Source: Thermoanaerobaculia bacterium (GTDB taxonomy: Bacteria > Acidobacteriota > Thermoanaerobaculia > UBA5066). Taken from it: DNA of 64,000 nucleotides. Location of the stretch: positions 288,001-352,000 of the forward strand of contig CAVRAY010000002.1 of the NCBI GenBank assembly GCA_963719225.1, in the 5' to 3' direction. The position numbers were made by a program, and so were the translations under genes. Positions 1-9,013 of this stretch are shown in pieces (within the stretch, counting starts at the first letter, position 1; each line of letters opens with the position of its first letter). The notes under the pieces are model-generated. The model worked only from the letters and a program-made list of their open reading frames with translations, searched no databases and was not told where the DNA came from.

Positions 1-90
1 TACACACGCCCGGTCACGGGATCCCCGTCGACGTGTCCTGCCGCGAGCGAAACGTTTCCCTTCACCGGCACCAAGGGCCTGGCCTTCTGA
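1..90 (+). CDS. 3' end of an upstream CDS (partial, unknown)
   Basis: Frame 1 is open (YTRPVTGSPSTCPAASETFPFTGTKGLAF) to TGA 88-90, which overlaps the next ATG (TGATG). Confidence 0.4.
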   Translation, partial: YTRPVTGSPSTCPAASETFPFTGTKGLAF

Positions 91-473
91 TGAGGCTCTC
101 GCGACTCTCCGCCGCCACGGCGTTGATTCTCTGCGGCTTGTCTCTCGCCGCGTTTCCCGCCGCCGCCGCCGACCTCTACGGCAAGCCGCTCCGCGGCCTG
201 TCGCCGGTCTCGGTCGCCGCCGTCGTCAAGGACCCCGCGCGCTTCGCCCAGAAACCCGTCCGCGTCGAGGGCCCGAACGCGGGGGGCGCGGGGCGGCCCG
301 CTCTGAAAGAGGGGGATGCCGTCCTGCCGATCGTCTCGGACGGATCGTTCAAGCTTCCCCCGGATCTCGCGGGCGGCGCTCTCGCGGCCGAGGGGCGCGC
401 CCGGGTCGCCGAGACGGGGGCGGTCTTCGTCGCCACCGGCATCGAGGTGAGGCGCGAAAGCCCCGCCCGATGA
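90..473 (+). CDS. Secreted hypothetical protein, DUF4920-like
   Basis: ATG 90; signal peptide ending AAA; YGKPL...VAAVVKDPARFAQKPVRVEG resembles the DUF4920 N-terminus but lacks its cysteines. Confidence 0.55.
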   Translation: MRLSRLSAATALILCGLSLAAFPAAAADLYGKPLRGLSPVSVAAVVKDPARFAQKPVRVEGPNAGGAGRPALKEGDAVLPIVSDGSFKLPPDLAGGALAAEGRARVAETGAVFVATGIEVRRESPAR

Positions 474-1012
474 GACGCACGGGACCGCGAATTCCCGCCA
501 CGTTCCTCGCGGTTCCCCTCGTCTTCGTCGGATTCCTCCTCGTGGCGAGCTGCAAGGCTCCCGAGGAGACCCGCTCTCTCAATTTCGACCCCGAGACGTC
601 GACGGGCCTCCTCGGCGCGGGGTGGGACGGCTTCGAGAAGACCGAGCTCGGCGACACCTTCGTCTGGGCGCGCGGCCGCGAAGCTCGCGTCTCGATCGTG
701 AGCCGCGCCGACGGCGACCGCCTCGTCCGTTTCCGGTGCTGGCCCTTCCAGTTCCCGGGAGCGCCGCCCCAGACGCTCACGCTGTTCGTGAACGACCAGA
801 AGACGGAGGCGCTCACGCTCGGCGGCGAGGCGCGTGTCTACGCGGTCGCCGTTCCCCGCTCGCTCTGGAAAAGGGGCGTGAACGAGCTCAAGTTCGTCTT
901 CGCGTACGCCGAGGCCCCGAAGGACCGCCTGGGCGGCGCGACGGACGAGCGGACGCTCTCGGCCGCGTTCGACTGGCTCGACGTCCTGAGGTTCCAGCCG
1001 GCGAAGAAGTGA
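470..1012 (+). CDS. Hypothetical lipoprotein (beta-sandwich-like domain)
   Basis: ATGA overlap; lipobox-like VASC; GWDGFE...FVWARG...DERTLSAAFD pattern. Confidence 0.65.
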   Translation: MRRTGPRIPATFLAVPLVFVGFLLVASCKAPEETRSLNFDPETSTGLLGAGWDGFEKTELGDTFVWARGREARVSIVSRADGDRLVRFRCWPFQFPGAPPQTLTLFVNDQKTEALTLGGEARVYAVAVPRSLWKRGVNELKFVFAYAEAPKDRLGGATDERTLSAAFDWLDVLRFQPAKK

Positions 1013-1018
1013 CCGGCC

Positions 1019-1762
1019 CTATTTCTCGTCCACGGGAACCTGCGAGGCGACGAGGCTCGGGTAGCGCGCCTTGAAGTACGCGAAGAGCTCCAGCACTTTC
1101 GAGTTCTCGCCCTGCGCCCAGGAGATGTCGCGGAACCGATACTCCTGACCCTTCGTCTTGACGACCCACTCGAAGCACTCGTTGCCGCCGGCTTTCTTGA
1201 GACAGGTGAGCTGCTGCTCCGTCATCTGCCTCGCCGTCAGGAGGACGTTCTTCGACGCGTCGCGCGCGTCGGTCCAGCGCAGAGTCTCTTCCTTGAACTC
1301 CAGGACGCCGGGATCCCATCGGCTCTTGAACAGGACGATGCCGCTGTTGCGCCGCGCGAGGCCGTCCCACCGCATGGACGCGGCCGGCGTGGGAGACGGA
1401 GCGGGCACCATGATGGGGGAGGTGGCGGGGACGGGCGAGGGCATGATGACGACCTGCTTGCGCTCCGAGACGGCCGAGATGAGGCTTTCCGGAATTCCCG
1501 CGTTCCTGAGCTTGACGATGTCCTCGGCTGACAGGTCCTTCGCGATGTCAGCTCCCGAGATGTACTTTTTGAGGAAGTCCTCCGAGAGGTTCGCCTTCCA
1601 GAGCTTGATGAGGTTTTCGACGAGACTCGGCGTCGGTGTCGGGGCGGGAAAGGCATCCGCGGCCGGGGTTCCGGCCGAAGGCGTCGGGCTCGATCCGGGT
1701 TGCTGTCCCAGGAGGGTCGACGTCGCGATGAGACCCGCCGTGACCGTGAGGAGCAACTTCAT
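1019..1762 (-). CDS. Secreted hypothetical protein (helical repeat, Pro-rich linkers, PH-like C-terminal domain)
   Basis: SD GGAGGTGA; signal peptide; LSAEDIVKLRNAGIPESLI repeat; beta-rich C-terminus. Confidence 0.7.
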   Translation of the reverse strand: MKLLLTVTAGLIATSTLLGQQPGSSPTPSAGTPAADAFPAPTPTPSLVENLIKLWKANLSEDFLKKYISGADIAKDLSAEDIVKLRNAGIPESLISAVSERKQVVIMPSPVPATSPIMVPAPSPTPAASMRWDGLARRNSGIVLFKSRWDPGVLEFKEETLRWTDARDASKNVLLTARQMTEQQLTCLKKAGGNECFEWVVKTKGQEYRFRDISWAQGENSKVLELFAYFKARYPSLVASQVPVDEK

Positions 1763-1873
1763 TCTGTCACCTCCGAAGAATTCGCCCGCATCCTACAAGA
1801 GACCGATCGCCGGACGAAACGCGGCCGGGCGCCGCGATGCGCCGGGCGAAACGCGAGCTTGTATGCTCCCTTC

Positions 1874-2563
1874 ATGGCGGCTTCGAGAGGTTCTCTCCTC
1901 GCGATTCTTCTCGCGGTTCTGCTCGCCGCGTGTTTCGTGTCCGGCCGCGCCCGCGCTCAGAAAGACCCCTGGGCGGCGCGCGTCCGCGCGCGCTCGGACG
2001 TGGCGCTCGCCACGTTCCAGGGCGTCGACTGCGTGTCGATCCGAGCGCCGCGCGCCATCGTCTGGAGGCTCCTCGTCGCGCCCGAGTACGCCGCGAAATG
2101 GTTCTTCGCCGGCATGCCGAACCTCCTGCCGCGCGGCGCGCGCTACAAGAAGGGTCCGACGGCCGAAAAGGGTGAGGTGCTCACCCTCGACGCGACGACG
2201 CTCGAAGGGCCCCGGCATCTCGAGCTCGTCGTCCTCGCCGCCGTCCCGGGCCAGCTGCTCTCCTTTCTCGTGAAGTCGGACAATGCCGGCCTCCTCGACA
2301 AGGGCCTCGAGAAGCTTTCCCTCACCTTCGTCCTCGACACGCTGGCCGACGGCTCGACGGACCTCAATCTCGCGATGCATTACGACCCCGACTCGCCGTT
2401 CTCGGCGATCCTGTCGCCCGCGGCCGTGCGACGCCAGCACGAGAGGCGGCAGGCCTCGCTCAACATGTTCCAGATACTCGCCGAACAGGCGGCCCGCATG
2501 AAGGACCCTCCGCTCCACGACGTCCCGGTCTCCGAGCCCGCCGTTCCGCGCGGGCGCAAATAA
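1874..2563 (+). CDS. Secreted SRPBCC/START-like protein
   Basis: TATGCT-N6-ATG; signal peptide; VSIRAPRAIVWRLL...KWF motif. Confidence 0.65.
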   Translation: MAASRGSLLAILLAVLLAACFVSGRARAQKDPWAARVRARSDVALATFQGVDCVSIRAPRAIVWRLLVAPEYAAKWFFAGMPNLLPRGARYKKGPTAEKGEVLTLDATTLEGPRHLELVVLAAVPGQLLSFLVKSDNAGLLDKGLEKLSLTFVLDTLADGSTDLNLAMHYDPDSPFSAILSPAAVRRQHERRQASLNMFQILAEQAARMKDPPLHDVPVSEPAVPRGRK

Positions 2564-2578
2564 TCGAGTGCGCGCTGG

Positions 2579-3646
2579 CTAGAGGATGACGCCCTTGAGA
2601 GGCACTTTCACGTCGCCCTTGGCCTTGTCGGTCGTCTTGATGAGGAGCTCGCCCTCGAAGACGCCCTTCTTGATCTTCTGGTCGACGGTGAGCACGACCT
2701 GCACGCGCGACTTGTCGACGGGCACGATCTCGGCGGAGATGCCGGGCACGTTCGTCTCGACTCTCGTGACCGCGAAATTCGCCGCCTGCGCGTTGTTGTT
2801 GACGATCATGACGTTCCGCTTCACCGCGTCGCCCTTGGGGTCGAAGTTCCCGAAGTTGATCGAGACGGGCGTGACCGAGACGGCGGGCTTCACGAAGCCC
2901 GACACTGAGATCTCCATCTCGGGCTGCCGCTTGACGCCCGTCGAGACCTTGACGGTCCCGCCGAGGATCCCCTCCGGCGCGTCGGGCGCGGCCGTCAGGA
3001 CCACTTTCCACTGATTCGGGTTCTTGTCCTTGATCAGCTCTTTCTCGGGGACGGGTGAGAGCGTGGCCTTGAGGAAGGAGTTGGGGGTCTCGACCTTCGT
3101 CGGCTTGAACTCCGGCTCGTCCGAGACGAGCACGACCTCGGACGAGGCTGGCTCACCCGAGAGCGCCGTGATGCGGAAGAACCCGTAAGGCAGCGCCTCG
3201 ACGAAGGGTTTCACGTTCGCCGAGAGGAAGAGGGTCATCTGCGGCATCGACGGATCGTCCGTCATGAGAAGAGCGGTCTTCGAGATGGGCCCCGAGAAGT
3301 TCTTCGTGTCGACCGTGAGGGTCACCTTCCCCTCCCCGCCCGGCTTGATCACCTTGTCGAACTCCGGCACGGTGCAGCCGCAGGAGGGCTTGACGTCGGT
3401 GACGTGCAGGTCGGCCTTCCCCGTGTTCTTCAGGACGAAGACGTGCTTGATGGCCTCGCCTTTCGGGACCGTTCCGACGTCCTTTTTGTCCTCGGGGACG
3501 ACGAGCTTGGGCCCGGAGGCCGCGTCGACCGCCTTGGCAGGAACCGGAGCCGCGGCCGGCGCCTGCGCGAGGAGGACCGGGGCAAAGGCGAGCGTGAGGG
3601 CGCCGACGAGAGCGGCGGCCGTTCGGGAGGTTCTGGAGAGAGACAT
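2579..3646 (-). CDS. DUF1573 (Ig-like repeat) secreted protein
   Basis: SD AAGGAG, ATG 3646; signal peptide; FVLKNTGKADLHVTDVKPSCGCT motif. Confidence 0.85.
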   Translation of the reverse strand: MSLSRTSRTAAALVGALTLAFAPVLLAQAPAAAPVPAKAVDAASGPKLVVPEDKKDVGTVPKGEAIKHVFVLKNTGKADLHVTDVKPSCGCTVPEFDKVIKPGGEGKVTLTVDTKNFSGPISKTALLMTDDPSMPQMTLFLSANVKPFVEALPYGFFRITALSGEPASSEVVLVSDEPEFKPTKVETPNSFLKATLSPVPEKELIKDKNPNQWKVVLTAAPDAPEGILGGTVKVSTGVKRQPEMEISVSGFVKPAVSVTPVSINFGNFDPKGDAVKRNVMIVNNNAQAANFAVTRVETNVPGISAEIVPVDKSRVQVVLTVDQKIKKGVFEGELLIKTTDKAKGDVKVPLKGVIL

Positions 3647-3788
3647 CGGGGACTCCTTCGAAAAAACGGGCGGGGAACCGCCCCTTTGGGACTGCGAGAG
3701 TATACGTGCGCGCGCCCCGACGGACGCCGCCTGGCGCCAAGGGGGCAGGTCGAACGGGCCTGGGACGCTCGAAGCAAGGGACGGGCCT

Positions 3789-4661
3789 CTAGACCCCCTC
3801 TTCCAGCGTGCCCTCGAAGACGACGCGCGCGTCGCCCGTGAGCATGACGTCGCGGGCCATCTCGCCGTCCCGGACGAAGGACACCTCGAGCGTCTCGCCC
3901 GAGCGCGTCGCGACCGAGACCGGCGGGAGAGAGCCGGTGAGGAAGCTAGTGACGGCTGCCGAGGCGACCGCGCCGGAGCCGCACGCGAGCGTCTCGGCCT
4001 CGACACCCCGCTCCCAGGTTCTGACGGCGATCCGCGACCCGGAGAGCACCTTGACGAAATTCGCGTTCGCGCCTTCGCGCACCGCGGGATGGCGCCGATG
4101 GAGCGGCCCGAGGACCGAGAGGTCGAGAGCGTCGAGGTCGACGTCCGCCTTGACGTACGCCACGACGTGCGGGACGCCCACGACGAGCGCGAAGGCATCG
4201 CGCTCGAGCGTCCGGCCCGCCTCGTCGAGCGACGGCACCATCCGTCCCACCGCGACCGGCTCGGGCAGCGTGAGCGCCACGGTCCCGTCGGCTCGCACGG
4301 TCGCGCCCACCGAGCCCCATCCCGTGGCGACGACGAGAGACGGTCTGGAGAGGCCGCGCAGAACGGCGAACCGCGCCGCGCACCGCGTCCCGTTTCCGCA
4401 GAACCGGCCGACCGAGCCGTCCGCGTTCAGGTAATCGGCCACGATCCTCGAGGACGCTTCTCGTTCGCGCTCCCGGAAGACGAAGAGGACTCCGTCGGCA
4501 CCGACACCGGTTCCGCGGCGGCAGAGCCTGCGGATCGCCTCGATCTCCCGCGGGCCCTTCTCGACGCGCGCCCCGAAGACCATGAAGTCGTTTCCCGCCC
4601 CGCTCATCTTCGTGAAGGAGCGCGGCAGCGAGCCGAGCGTCGCGCGGGCCGCCTCCGTCAT
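3789..4661 (-). CDS. dapF: Diaminopimelate epimerase
   Basis: FTKMSGAGNDF, GVGADG, NADGS..FCGNGTRC, TWERGVEAETLACGSG; ATGA overlap with upstream gene. Confidence 0.95.
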   Translation of the reverse strand: MTEAARATLGSLPRSFTKMSGAGNDFMVFGARVEKGPREIEAIRRLCRRGTGVGADGVLFVFREREREASSRIVADYLNADGSVGRFCGNGTRCAARFAVLRGLSRPSLVVATGWGSVGATVRADGTVALTLPEPVAVGRMVPSLDEAGRTLERDAFALVVGVPHVVAYVKADVDLDALDLSVLGPLHRRHPAVREGANANFVKVLSGSRIAVRTWERGVEAETLACGSGAVASAAVTSFLTGSLPPVSVATRSGETLEVSFVRDGEMARDVMLTGDARVVFEGTLEEGV

Positions 4662-5833
4662 TTCGCCGTCCCGATCGGGCTCTCGTTGCCCGACTTGTCC
4701 ACGGCGGTCACCCCGTACTCCTTCGCCGAGACGCCGGCGTCGAAGAAGACCGGGTCCTTGAGGTCCTCGGCGATCCTCTTCCACGCGCCGTTCTCCCGGC
4801 GATAGACGCCGTAGGAGGCGAGGTCGCCCGCGAGGCTCGGGTTCCAGACGAGCCGCGTGCCGCCCGCCTCGGCGAGGACGAGAACGCCGTCCGGAGCGTC
4901 CGGCGGAAAGACGTCCGCCGTGGACACGGGCACCTCGTCGGACGCCGGGCCGAGGATGAGGGGCACCTCGGCGACGGGCGCCGCGCGGACGGTGTAGACG
5001 TACTTCCGGTCGGGCAGGGCCGACGCGTCGACGTACGTCGTCGTGCCGATGACGACGCCCAGCGGGCGGTCTTCGTATTCCTCCTCGCCGGCGTCGCGCC
5101 GGTAGACCGCGTAGCCCGCGACCTTCGCGGGGCGCGTGCCGTCGAGCATGGCCACGGGAGCGCTCCAGTCGAGGCACACGCGCGCCTCCTCGACGGTCGG
5201 GAGGACCCGAAACGGCCGGTCCGGCGGAAGGCGGGGCAGGAGGGCGACGAGCGGCGACAGCTCGGAGGCCTTCTTCTTGTCGCGCGTCGCGGAAACCCCG
5301 TAACGGAGGAACACGCGTCCGACCCGACCTTCGCGATAGAGCGGCACGAGCGGGTCCCTCACGACGACGTCCGGGCCTACGGTGGCCGCGTCGACCTCAG
5401 CGCGCGTGAGGGTCCGGATCGCCTCGGCGCGGGCGCGGAATCCCTTCTCCTCGAGCGCGCGGGCCGCCGCGTCTTTCGCCGCCTCCGGCGGCCTTTCACC
5501 CTCGCGCGCTCCCCGGAGCTCGCGGTACACCGTCACGCCCGTGAGATTCGTGAGCGTCTCGCCCGCGTTCGTCTTCGACGGATACGGGAACCTCAGGACG
5601 ACGTCCGAGCCCTCCTGCGAGAGGCGCACGGGCTCGATGCGCGCCGGGAGAACCTGCAGGGGCGGCTCGGGCGCGAGCTTCCGCCCGCAGCCGGCGAGGA
5701 GCGCGAAAGCGGAAAAAGACAGAAGAAAAAGAAGAGAGATTTCTTTGAATGGGTGCCGTGGTTCGAGCGGCACCAGCGCGCGCCGAGCCCCGGCCGTCTT
5801 ACCCTTTCTAGGAAAATCCGAATCCGAAACCAA
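4658..5833 (-). CDS. Lipoprotein with fibronectin type III-like domains (start uncertain: TTG 5833 or GTG 5773)
   Basis: Lipobox LAGC-GRK..PEPP; FN3-like motifs GYAVYRR, YVYTVRA, YGVTAVDKSGNES. Confidence 0.8.
   Translation of the reverse strand: MVSDSDFPRKGKTAGARRALVPLEPRHPFKEISLLFLLSFSAFALLAGCGRKLAPEPPLQVLPARIEPVRLSQEGSDVVLRFPYPSKTNAGETLTNLTGVTVYRELRGAREGERPPEAAKDAAARALEEKGFRARAEAIRTLTRAEVDAATVGPDVVVRDPLVPLYREGRVGRVFLRYGVSATRDKKKASELSPLVALLPRLPPDRPFRVLPTVEEARVCLDWSAPVAMLDGTRPAKVAGYAVYRRDAGEEEYEDRPLGVVIGTTTYVDASALPDRKYVYTVRAAPVAEVPLILGPASDEVPVSTADVFPPDAPDGVLVLAEAGGTRLVWNPSLAGDLASYGVYRRENGAWKRIAEDLKDPVFFDAGVSAKEYGVTAVDKSGNESPIGTAK
5711..5818. repeat. Inverted pair of the dispersed AT-rich motif
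   Basis: GATTTCTTTGAATGGGT (5738-5754) and ACCCTTTCTAGGAAAATC (5801-5818) are imperfect inverted copies; purine tract 5711-5737. Confidence 0.7.
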
Positions 5834-5850
5834 AATTCCCTCTGAAAAAC

Positions 5851-7197
5851 CTACAGCACGAAGCGGGAAAGGTCCCGGTCGCGCACGAGGCCCTGGAGCG
5901 CCCGCTCGACGTACGGCTTGTCCACGACGATCCGCGCGCCTGCGGCGTCCGGCCCGGCGAAGGAGATCTCCTCGAGCACCGTCTCGAGGATCGTGTGAAG
6001 GCGCCGGGCGCCGATGTTCTCGAGGTTCCGGTTCACCTCGGCCGCGGCGCGCGCGATCTCCCCGAGGCCCTCGTCCGCGAAAACGAGCTCGATGCCGTCC
6101 GCCCCGAGGAGCGCGGCGGACTGCTTCGGAAGCGCGTGTTCGGGCTCGGTGAGGATGCGCAGGAAATCCCCGTCGGTGAGAGAGTCGAGAGTGACCCGGA
6201 TCGGAAAGCGGCCCTGGAGCTCGGGAATCATGTCCGACGGCTTCGCGACATGGAAAGCGCCGGCCGCGATGAAGAGGACGTGGTCCGTCTTCACTGTCCC
6301 GTGCTTCGTCTTGACCGTCGTGCCCTCGACGAGCGGGAGGAGGTCCCGCTGGACGCCTTCGCGCGAGACGTCGGGCCCGCCGCGGGCTCCCTCGTGCCCC
6401 GTGATCTTGTCGATCTCGTCCAGGAAGACGATGCCCGTCTCCTCCGCGCGCCGCACGGCCTCCTCGGGCACGGTCGCCTCGTCCGAGAGAGCGTCGGCCT
6501 CGCGTGCCACGAGCAGGGGCCGCGCGTCGGACACCGGGAGCTTCACCTTCTTCTTCTTCTGCGAGCCGAAAAGGTTCGGGAGCATGCCCGGGAGGTCGAT
6601 CCCCATCTCCTCGAGGCCCTGCGGCGTCATGACGGAGATCTGCGGCGTCCTCTCGTCGGTCACCTCGATCTCGACCTCGCGCGCTTCGTGCTTGCCCTCC
6701 TTGAGGTCGCGGCGGACCCGTTCCTGCCCGTCGGCGAGGACCGCTCTTCCGGTGGCGTCGGTGCCGAGGGCCGTCACGAGGAGATCCACGAGCCGCTCCT
6801 CCGCGGCGGCGGTCGCGCGGTCCAGCACGCGCGCGCGGCGCTCGTCCTTCACGAGGCGAACCGCCGCCTCCACGAGATCGCGCGCGATGGAGTCGACGTC
6901 GCGCCCGACGTATCCGACCTCGGTGAACTTGGAGGCCTCGACCTTCACGAAGGGCGCGTCCACCAGCCGCGCGAGGCGCCGCGCGATCTCCGTCTTGCCC
7001 ACGCCGGTGGGACCGATCATTAGGATGTTCTTCGGCATCGTGTCGCGCTGGAGCTCCGGGCTGAGTCGCTGGCGCCGCCACCGGTCGCGGAGCGCGATGG
7101 CGACCGCGCGCTTCGCCTTCGTCTGGCCGACGACGTGGCGGTCGAGCTCGGCCACGATCTTCCGCGGCGAGAGGTCCTTGAGGAGGTGCGGCGTCAC
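5851..7197 (-). CDS. hslU: ATP-dependent protease ATPase subunit HslU
   Basis: [32 protein letters not shown]. Confidence 0.97.
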   Translation of the reverse strand: MTPHLLKDLSPRKIVAELDRHVVGQTKAKRAVAIALRDRWRRQRLSPELQRDTMPKNILMIGPTGVGKTEIARRLARLVDAPFVKVEASKFTEVGYVGRDVDSIARDLVEAAVRLVKDERRARVLDRATAAAEERLVDLLVTALGTDATGRAVLADGQERVRRDLKEGKHEAREVEIEVTDERTPQISVMTPQGLEEMGIDLPGMLPNLFGSQKKKKVKLPVSDARPLLVAREADALSDEATVPEEAVRRAEETGIVFLDEIDKITGHEGARGGPDVSREGVQRDLLPLVEGTTVKTKHGTVKTDHVLFIAAGAFHVAKPSDMIPELQGRFPIRVTLDSLTDGDFLRILTEPEHALPKQSAALLGADGIELVFADEGLGEIARAAAEVNRNLENIGARRLHTILETVLEEISFAGPDAAGARIVVDKPYVERALQGLVRDRDLSRFVL

Positions 7198-7736
7198 GGA
7201 AGGGTCTCGACGCGGATCACGTCGTTCGTGTAGATGTCGATGGACGCCGCGATCGACAGGGACTCCTTCACGATCGCGGAGGCGTCGAGGGCCGAATGGC
7301 GGAGCAGGGCGCGGGCGGCCGCCGCCGCGTACGGGCCGCCGGAGCCCACGGCGATCACGCCCTCGTCGGGCGCGATGACGTCGCCGGTTCCCGAGAGGAG
7401 GAGCGAGGTCTTCTCGTCGGCCACCACGAGGAGGGCCTCGAGCTGGCGCAGCATCTTCTCGGTGCGCCAGTCCGTCGCGAGCTCCACGGCCGCGCGCTCG
7501 AGCTGGCCGTGGAACTCCTCGAGCTTCTTCTCGAACCGCGTGAAGAGGGTCACGGCGTCGGCCGTCGACCCGGCGAAGCCCGCGAGGACCTTCCCGTTCA
7601 GAAGGCGGCGCACCTTCGAGGCGCCGCTCTTCATCACGGTCGTCCCCATCGTCACCTGACCGTCACCGCCGAGAGCGACGATCCCGTCCTTCCTCACGCA
7701 GAGAATCGTCGTGTGTGTGAAGCGCAGACTGCCCAT
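7194..7736 (-). CDS. hslV: ATP-dependent protease subunit HslV
   Basis: [23 protein letters not shown]; short propeptide before the catalytic Thr. Confidence 0.97.
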   Translation of the reverse strand: MGSLRFTHTTILCVRKDGIVALGGDGQVTMGTTVMKSGASKVRRLLNGKVLAGFAGSTADAVTLFTRFEKKLEEFHGQLERAAVELATDWRTEKMLRQLEALLVVADEKTSLLLSGTGDVIAPDEGVIAVGSGGPYAAAAARALLRHSALDASAIVKESLSIAASIDIYTNDVIRVETLP

Positions 7737-7754
7737 GCCCGAGAGTCTAGCCCG

Positions 7755-8690
7755 TCACTCTCTCTCTTCCGCCTTCGGATGGCTCTTGCGGTAGACCTCG
7801 ATGAGGCGCTCGGCGTCGAGGTGTGTGTAGCGCTGCGTCGTGGAGAGCGAAGCGTGGCCGAGGAGCTCCTGGATGGAGCGAAGGTCGGCGCCGGCCGCGA
7901 GGAGATGAGTCGCGAACGAGTGCCTCAGCGCGTGCGGCGACGCGTGGCGGGGCACGGCGGCCGACGCGAGAGCCCGGTCCAGAATGCGGCGCACGCTCCG
8001 GTCGGTCAGGCGGCCCGCCCGCGCGTTCAGGAAGACGATCTCGGCGTCCCGGGCGGCGGGCACGAAGGCCGTTCGTTCCTTCAGCCAGGCGCGGAGCGCC
8101 GCCGCCGCGGGATGGCCGAACGGTACCACGCGCTCCTTCCGGCCCTTTCCGACGGTGCGCACCTGCCGCGCGGGCAGATCGACGTCCTCGAGCCGCAGTC
8201 CCACGAGCTCGGAGACGCGGAGCCCCGTCGCGTAGAGGAGCTCGAGGAGCGCGCGGTCGCGGGCCCCGAGCGGCCCCTCGCGTCCCTTCACCTCGACCAC
8301 CGCGCCCGCTTCGGCGACGGAGAGAGTCCGCGGGAGCGATTTCTCGCGCCGGGGTGTCCCCACCGCCTTCGCCGGGTTCGAATCCGTGCGGCCCTCGCGC
8401 TTGAGGAAGGCGAAGAACGTGCGGAGCGCCGAGAGGTGGCGCCCCATCGACGTCTTGGAGATCCCTTCGGAGCGGAGGTGCGAGAGATAGGACCGCACCG
8501 CGAGCGTGTCCACGTCCGCGGCGCGGAACGCGGCCTCGGGAGTGTTCCAGAAGGCCGCCGAAAGGAACGCCGAGAAGCGCGCGAGGTCGGCGCCGTACGC
8601 GGCCCGGGTGTGGGGAGAGACGCGGCGCTCGTCCCTCAGGTGGCGGTCGAACGCCGCGATCTCCGAGGCGAAGGAGGCGCTCTTTACGAT
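7755..8690 (-). CDS. xerC: Tyrosine recombinase XerC (no canonical start for the N-terminal domain)
   Basis: RDRALLELLYATGLRVSEL, GKGRKER, HALRHSFATH, LGHASLSTTQRY; the frame continues upstream of GTG 8513 through FDRHLRDERRVSPHTRAAYGADL to about 8690. Confidence 0.9.
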   Translation of the reverse strand: MVKSASFASEIAAFDRHLRDERRVSPHTRAAYGADLARFSAFLSAAFWNTPEAAFRAADVDTLAVRSYLSHLRSEGISKTSMGRHLSALRTFFAFLKREGRTDSNPAKAVGTPRREKSLPRTLSVAEAGAVVEVKGREGPLGARDRALLELLYATGLRVSELVGLRLEDVDLPARQVRTVGKGRKERVVPFGHPAAAALRAWLKERTAFVPAARDAEIVFLNARAGRLTDRSVRRILDRALASAAVPRHASPHALRHSFATHLLAAGADLRSIQELLGHASLSTTQRYTHLDAERLIEVYRKSHPKAEERE

Positions 8691-9013
8691 GACTTTTTCG
8701 CCAGGGTCCGGACCTCGGCCGCGAGCGCCTTGATCTCGGCTTCGCTGAGCTTCTTGCCGAAGGCCGGCATCTCGTCATGCCCCTTCGTGATCGAGCGCAC
8801 GATGCGCGCGTCGTCGATCGTGTCCTGCCACTTCGCGTTCGTCAGGTCCCGGGCTTTCTTCTTCCGGCCCTCTTCGGTCTGGCCCCTGCCGGTGTCGCCG
8901 TGGCAGACCGAGCAATGCGTCTGGAAGTTCTCGGACCGTTCGCTTTCGGCCGGCGCGGACCCGCCCGCGAGGAGCAGGGCGCCGGCCGACAGCACGATGA
9001 GGCTCTTCTTCAA
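8684..9013 (-). CDS. Periplasmic monoheme cytochrome c
   Basis: TTG 9013 with SD AAGGAG (9020-9025) and TAGAAT (9034-9039); signal peptide; CSVCH heme motif; MPAF axial Met. Confidence 0.85.
   Translation of the reverse strand: MKKSLIVLSAGALLLAGGSAPAESERSENFQTHCSVCHGDTGRGQTEEGRKKKARDLTNAKWQDTIDDARIVRSITKGHDEMPAFGKKLSEAEIKALAAEVRTLAKKSS

Noticed and set aside
7713-7736. HslV N-terminal extension before TTIL
   Set aside because: Short autocleaved propeptides are common in HslV.
7755-8690. Tyrosine recombinase as a phage or island integrase
   Set aside because: Size, motifs and trmFO-xerC-hslVU context indicate chromosomal XerC.
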